Assembly: GCA_030587475.2 (NCBI GenBank)
Contig: JAUQYZ020000207.1
Location: 1-10,228, forward strand
Source of the DNA: Candidatus Sigynarchaeum calidifontis
GTDB lineage: Archaea > Asgardarchaeota > Lokiarchaeia > Sigyniarchaeales > Sigyniarchaeaceae
Length of the DNA: 10,228 bases
Direction: 5' to 3'
Positions 7,538 through 10,228 of this stretch are shown here, piece after piece; the first letter of the stretch is position 1; every line of letters begins with the position of its first letter. Below the pieces are notes generated by a model. It was given only the letters and a program-made list of their open reading frames with translations. It did no database searches and was not told the origin of the DNA. Both the position numbers and the translations under genes were made by a program.

Positions 7538-7860
7538 TCACAATCTCCACAATTGGATCTTGCCATCTTCCGAACCAGAGGCGAATGCATTGTCTGCTGG
7601 CGACGGCGCGAGGACATTGACCGGGCTCCCTTTCTCTTGCACGGTGTCAATCAAATCCCCGGTTTTCACGTCCCATATCGAGATAGATCCGTGCACAGAG
7701 CCCGTGACAATAGTTCGACCATGCTCCGCACTTCATACGGTGCGTGTATTACCATAAATGGTGCTGAGCGCGATGAATCAGCCTTAGTCATTGCCCCGTC
7801 AAGAAGAGAACATGTGTCATGTCCATTTATACTTTCTGCATGCCAGGTCTGGATTTCATG
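7538..7860 (-). pseudogene. Decayed WD40-repeat gene (last two repeats readable)
   Basis: Frame 7732-7538 reads SAEHGRTIVTGSVHGSISIWDVKTGDLIDTVQEKGSPVNVLAPSPADNAFASGSEDGKIQLWRL*. An in-frame TGA at 7735-7733 sits where Trp would fit, with more stops upstream. A weaker WD-like trace (EIQTWHAES..GH) occurs in another frame near 7820-7857, so the 5' limit is uncertain. Confidence 0.85.
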
Positions 7861-7932
7861 ACAGATCAACAAGACGGGAGAAATAAAGAAAATAGAAAAG
7901 AATCTATTAAGGGGGGGCACCAGGTGGGGAAT

Positions 7933-8217
7933 TTATAGAATCGGGATTTCCATTCCCGAAGACCGTGAGCAGTTTCCATAATTGCTGGACGGGTCGACCC
8001 ACGGTTCCCCCGCCAGGGGGGGCGTGTAAAAGCCCATAAAATCCGTCAAATATGCGACAGAATACAAGGGCAAATACGTATCCCAATTCCCCGAATTGAT
8101 GCTTGTCACCAGCGTGCTCCAGCGCAATGTGGGACCAGTCGATGTTAGAACGTCATGGGTGACCGGATCGAAGGTAGCACCCCAGAACGCTCGAACGCCG
8201 CGGCTGACCACCCCCAC
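7933..8217 (-). CDS. Small hypothetical protein or 3' fragment of an unidentified gene
   Basis: 94-codon ORF with protein-like composition (TLVTSINSGNWDTYLPLYSVAYLTDFMGFYTPP), followed by a minus-strand T-rich tract at 7881-7902. No family recognised, and the start lies in GC-rich structured DNA. Confidence 0.35.
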   Translation of the reverse strand: MGVVSRGVRAFWGATFDPVTHDVLTSTGPTLRWSTLVTSINSGNWDTYLPLYSVAYLTDFMGFYTPPLAGEPWVDPSSNYGNCSRSSGMEIPIL

Positions 8218-8330
8218 CCATCCCCCGCGCGGGTGATTGCGCGGGGGATTTTTGCGATCGCCCGGAACTCAAGCGTGTCCTGCGCGGCGGGAAAACACTC
8301 CCACCATTCCGCGGTGCTGGTTCCTTCACT
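8155..8330 (-). ncRNA. Candidate structured RNA or structured 5' leader (unassigned)
   Basis: Stems at 8264-8268/8320-8324, 8286-8292/8299-8305 (U-G pair on the minus strand only), 8220-8230/8239-8249 (11 bp perfect) and 8155-8161/8215-8221. A BRE/TATA-like AGAAAG-TTATTATT lies at 8362-8349. Confidence 0.3.
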
Positions 8331-8372
8331 TCAATAACGGCGGGACATAATAATAACTTTCTATCAAGCCCC

Positions 8373-8426
8373 ATGGATCGCGGCGGGTCAAGCACGCGGG
8401 CGCGATCCATTTCCGGCGCCCGGAAA
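8373..8426. repeat. Two adjacent inverted repeats
   Basis: ATGGATCGCG (8373-8382) / CGCGATCCAT (8401-8410), then TTCCGG-CGC-CCGGAA (8411-8425). Confidence 0.7.
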
Positions 8427-8504
8427 GGAGGAAAAATCGCTCGCGCGAAACCCATCCATCCATTTCGTCATGCGGGGGGGAATGGAAGGAGAAGGAGGGC
8501 ATCG

Positions 8505-8514
8505 TTTTTAAATA
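8505..8514 (+). promoter_or_regulatory. TATA box of the TPR gene (leaderless spacing)
   Basis: TTTTTAAATA ending 23 nt before ATG 8537, in otherwise GC-rich DNA. Confidence 0.65.
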
Positions 8515-8536
8515 GCCGCCCCTCGTTGCCGGGATC

Positions 8537-9481
8537 ATGAGGGATCTTTTCGAGGTCATGGACCACAACCTGAAGCCAAAGGAACCTTTTCGGGTGCGGG
8601 ACGACGATGACGAGCTCGTGAAACTTGAAAAGCTGCTCATCCAAACGAGATTTCTCGGGGATCCCGGCATGATTGGCGAGATCTTGTTAAACATGGGTCA
8701 AATCTTGATCGCGCGTGGCGATGTTGATGATGCCGAGAAAAAATTGCAGATGGCATACGTGAACTTGATGGACAAGCGCCCGCCCCGCCGGCCTCTTTTT
8801 CCAGGCCCGGTTGATGAGGGGACAAGCCGTGACAAGCTTTTATGCACGACCTTCGTGCTCCTCGGCCAGGTCGCGATCAAGCGCGGCAAACATGCCGAAG
8901 CGGAGTCCCAGTTCAAGGCAGCGCTTGACGTGGCGCGGAAGATGGGCAATGATGATCTCCTCATCAGTCTCTCGTTCGATTTGTCGGACATCCAGGTACA
9001 ACGCCGGGATCTCGATAGCGCCATCGCGACCTTGTCCGAGGGCGCCCAGCGGGCCATGAACTCGGGTAGCGACGAGCTCAAGGCCGTTGCCAGCCTCAAG
9101 CTCGGCCTGCTTCACGGGTACAGGAACGATATAAAGGAGGCCAGGGCCTTGTACGAACGCGCCTCGAACCTTTTCGAGCGACTCGGAAACTGGGAGGACG
9201 CCATACGGGCCAACTTGTGCCTCGTCGAGCTCTACCAAGTCAACGACATGCGGGGTGAAACGCGCGACGTTCTCGAAAAGGTCTTCATCCAGCTGCGCAA
9301 GAGTCGCGACCCCGTCACGATCGACATGCTGGGCAATCGTATCGCCCAGTATGACCGGCTCCCGTTCGATCTTCTCCCGTGGAAGGATTTCTTGAGAAAA
9401 TTCAAGGTATTATGCGAGGAAATGGGCAGATCGGACATCGCCGAGGTTATCGACGACGTGATGCGGGACAACGGGATTTAA
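8537..9481 (+). CDS. Tetratricopeptide-repeat (alpha-solenoid) protein
   Basis: Repeated TPR patterns: MGQILIARGDVDDAEKKLQMA, LGQVAIKRGKHAEAESQFKAAL, LSDIQVQRRDLDSAIATLSEG and LGLLHGYRNDIKEARALYERA. Confidence 0.9.
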   Translation: MRDLFEVMDHNLKPKEPFRVRDDDDELVKLEKLLIQTRFLGDPGMIGEILLNMGQILIARGDVDDAEKKLQMAYVNLMDKRPPRRPLFPGPVDEGTSRDKLLCTTFVLLGQVAIKRGKHAEAESQFKAALDVARKMGNDDLLISLSFDLSDIQVQRRDLDSAIATLSEGAQRAMNSGSDELKAVASLKLGLLHGYRNDIKEARALYERASNLFERLGNWEDAIRANLCLVELYQVNDMRGETRDVLEKVFIQLRKSRDPVTIDMLGNRIAQYDRLPFDLLPWKDFLRKFKVLCEEMGRSDIAEVIDDVMRDNGI

Positions 9482-9486
9482 GTGGC

Positions 9487-9494
9487 TTTTTTTT
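9487..9494 (+). terminator. Putative oligo-T terminator of the TPR gene
   Basis: T8 beginning 6 nt after the stop codon. Confidence 0.5.
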
Positions 9495-9511
9495 CCCATG
9501 ACATCATCAAG

Positions 9512-10177
9512 TCAATCATCATAATCGTCCGGATCATCCACGTCATCGAACTCGTCAAGCTCATCAAGCTCGTCAAATTCGTCAGCCTGGGTAGGCTTGT
9601 CGATGTCTTCCTCGTCCGCGGGATAACCGTTGCTGCCTTCCCGCACCGATCGCAGGTCCGGCGTCTGGACTTTGCGTTTCGGCAAGAGAAAATCTGAAAG
9701 CGAGCGGTTCAGCTTGTCCTCCCCGTTCTTGATCGCAGCGAATGCCGCCTCGAACTCGTGTAACTGCATGTCGGGATACAGCTCGGGCCCGCTTGATAGC
9801 AAGCTTCCCCCGTGCATGCTGAACCGGCCCAGGAGCCCCGGCATGCCATCTGAAGGAGTGTTTGAAACGATATAAAAATAGATGAATCCATCCCGGTCTG
9901 GCGTGTCGGTGATCATTTCCACGTGCATATCGCTAAGGAAGCATATGGCATCAAACGTGCGCACTTCTGCATTATCCGCAAGTATCGAGCAGTAGAATTG
10001 CGAATGGTGCCAATTGAACAGGTCAGCTTCGAGGTCTTGCAACGAAGACGGGGAGATCGCCACGTTCTTGAGCAAAGCTCGCCTCTCCCGCGGCGTTTGC
10101 TTGCCGAAGGCCACGAACTTGTGCATCTTGTCTTCCTTCGGCTTGTAGAGCAGCTTCACGCCTTCCAGCGACGACAC
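9512..10177 (-). CDS. Hypothetical protein with acidic C-terminal tail
   Basis: 221-aa ORF, GTG start, bounded by an in-frame TAG upstream and converging neatly on the TPR gene. About 165 aa look globular, followed by a D/E-rich tail. No family recognised. Confidence 0.8.
   Translation of the reverse strand: MSSLEGVKLLYKPKEDKMHKFVAFGKQTPRERRALLKNVAISPSSLQDLEADLFNWHHSQFYCSILADNAEVRTFDAICFLSDMHVEMITDTPDRDGFIYFYIVSNTPSDGMPGLLGRFSMHGGSLLSSGPELYPDMQLHEFEAAFAAIKNGEDKLNRSLSDFLLPKRKVQTPDLRSVREGSNGYPADEEDIDKPTQADEFDELDELDEFDDVDDPDDYDD
9515..9583 (-). repeat. Degenerate 9-bp coding tandem repeat encoding D-[DE]-x units
   Basis: Encodes DEF DEL DEL DEF DDV DDP DDY DD. Confidence 0.7.
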
Positions 10178-10228
10178 GATCTCGCCAGCTTTCTCCTTGC
10201 ACTAGCGCACGAATGATTTCGGGCTCGT

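Noticed and set aside
7733-7735. In-frame TGA in the WD40 relic as selenocysteine or a recoded stop
   Set aside because: Further stops including TAA occur upstream, TGA ends other genes in the window, and no SECIS was recognised; TGG-to-TGA decay is simpler.
8160-8220. tRNA-like TTCGA loops on the minus strand
   Set aside because: No cloverleaf with proper D, anticodon and T arms can be built.
8410-8440. Resemblance to SRP RNA helix 8 (GCCCGGAA..GGAG) or RNase P (GAGGAA)
   Set aside because: The SRP CAGG/AGCA symmetric loop and the RNase P P4 partner sequence are absent.
1-10228. CRISPR array, rRNA, tRNA or DGR template/variable repeat pair
   Set aside because: No regularly spaced direct repeats or RNA gene signatures were seen. 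The GTPase relic differs from the intact gene at all base types, not only adenines, and no reverse transcriptase is present.

Overview
This is a GC-rich archaeal-type window, most likely from an Asgard (Loki/Sigyn-like) archaeon. That assignment is an inference from a non-prenylated Rab-like GTPase, TATA boxes about 24 nt before start codons and oligo-T gene ends. In order it holds: the 3' end of a DEAD-box RNA helicase; a complete single-ORF IS66-family element (495-2649, 41-bp imperfect TIRs, perfect 8-bp target duplication CACCAAAC); a small membrane protein; a frameshifted M23-peptidase-like gene; a ~660-aa calcineurin-like metallophosphoesterase; a 3' fragment of an MBL-fold hydrolase; an intact Rab-like GTPase; a hairpin-dense intergenic stretch; a TPR protein; and an unknown protein with an acidic tail. 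The GTPase is flanked by two relics that are not evident from the ORF track: a fragment of a second GTPase paralogue and a decayed WD40 gene. The most unusual signals are three. The IS66 transposase appears to start with a membrane signal-anchor and carries an AT-hook in its catalytic insertion. Several gene 3'-end relics lie on the minus strand. A promoter-preceded structured RNA candidate sits at about 8155-8330.
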